This document shows, piece by piece, positions 63,919 to 64,000 of a stretch of DNA of 64,000 nucleotides. The translations under genes were made by a program, and so were the position numbers. This stretch comes from Patescibacteria group bacterium. Lineage in GTDB: Bacteria > Patescibacteriota > Saccharimonadia > Saccharimonadales > Saccharimonadaceae. The first letter of the stretch is position 1. Each line of letters starts with the position of its first letter. The DNA lies in contig JAUPWL010000001.1 of assembly GCA_030916565.1 (NCBI GenBank), forward strand, positions 5,710-69,709, written 5' to 3'. The notes beneath the pieces are model-generated. The model saw only the letters and a list, made by a program, of their open reading frames with translations. It did no database searches and had not been told where the DNA came from.

Positions 63919-63953
63919 CGGCCCTGTATATAATTGACAAAATCATGAAATTT

Positions 63954-63962
63954 TGCTATAAT
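63954..63962 (+). promoter_or_regulatory. extended -10 TGcTATAAT, 10 nt before ATG 63973
   Basis: TGCTATAAT at 63954-63962. Confidence 0.4.
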
Positions 63963-63972
63963 ATAATAAATT

Positions 63973-64000
63973 ATGACAGAAAAAATCACCCATATTTATG
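63973..64000 (+). CDS. 5' end of an unidentified gene, truncated by the window edge
   Basis: ATG preceded by a -10 box. Only 9 codons are visible (MTEKITHIY). Confidence 0.3.

Noticed and set aside
1-64000. CRISPR arrays, tRNA/rRNA genes, transposases, integrases, prophage, restriction-modification or toxin-antitoxin pairs.
   Set aside because: No spaced direct repeats are present. No intergenic region is long enough, or cloverleaf-like enough, for a tRNA. No ORF has recombinase, Cas or methyltransferase-endonuclease motifs. The window is essentially core genome.
1-64000. Alternative genetic code (TGA as Gly, as in some CPR lineages).
   Set aside because: TGA terminates several well-defined genes at the expected length (pheS, cyoB, cyoC, the tkt N-terminal subunit). 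All conserved proteins are full length under the standard code.

Overview
Dense, almost fully coding 64-kb stretch of a small, streamlined bacterial genome using the standard genetic code (TGA is a stop). Gene content and protein styles suggest a Patescibacteria/CPR organism, most likely Saccharibacteria (TM7)-like; this is inferred, not a search result. I support about 58 protein genes. They include pheST; a complete quinol-oxidase island (cyoABCDE plus type-II NADH dehydrogenase); trxB, ppa and a short Rel; and an 8-kb same-strand sugar-phosphate supercluster (gap-rpiB-rpe-split tkt-fba-two PfkB kinases-LOG). Also present are uvrB; a 900-aa surface protein with a trypsin-like domain whose catalytic Ser is Asp; an ABC-2 exporter; and gatC-gatA-[small membrane HEPN-like gene]-gatB-galU. 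The rest comprises small stress membrane proteins, dnaE, a pilB-type ATPase, rplS, an rnhB-yraN fusion, pepN, nusA, clpC-[HExxH membrane protein]-radA-PIN/TRAM, a class A PBP, tyrS and a HAD hydrolase. I found no rRNA, tRNA, CRISPR array, transposase, integrase or recognisable defence system. The strongest sequence-level signal is regulatory. About 23 genes that lead transcription units have a TATAAT-like (often TGn-extended) -10 box only 6-11 nt from the start codon, implying leaderless mRNAs. One palindromic -10 box is shared by two divergent genes whose ATGs are 22 bp apart. Other items worth a look are a terminator hairpin in the nusA leader, a TyrRS with a TIGN motif in place of HIGH, and several ORFans.
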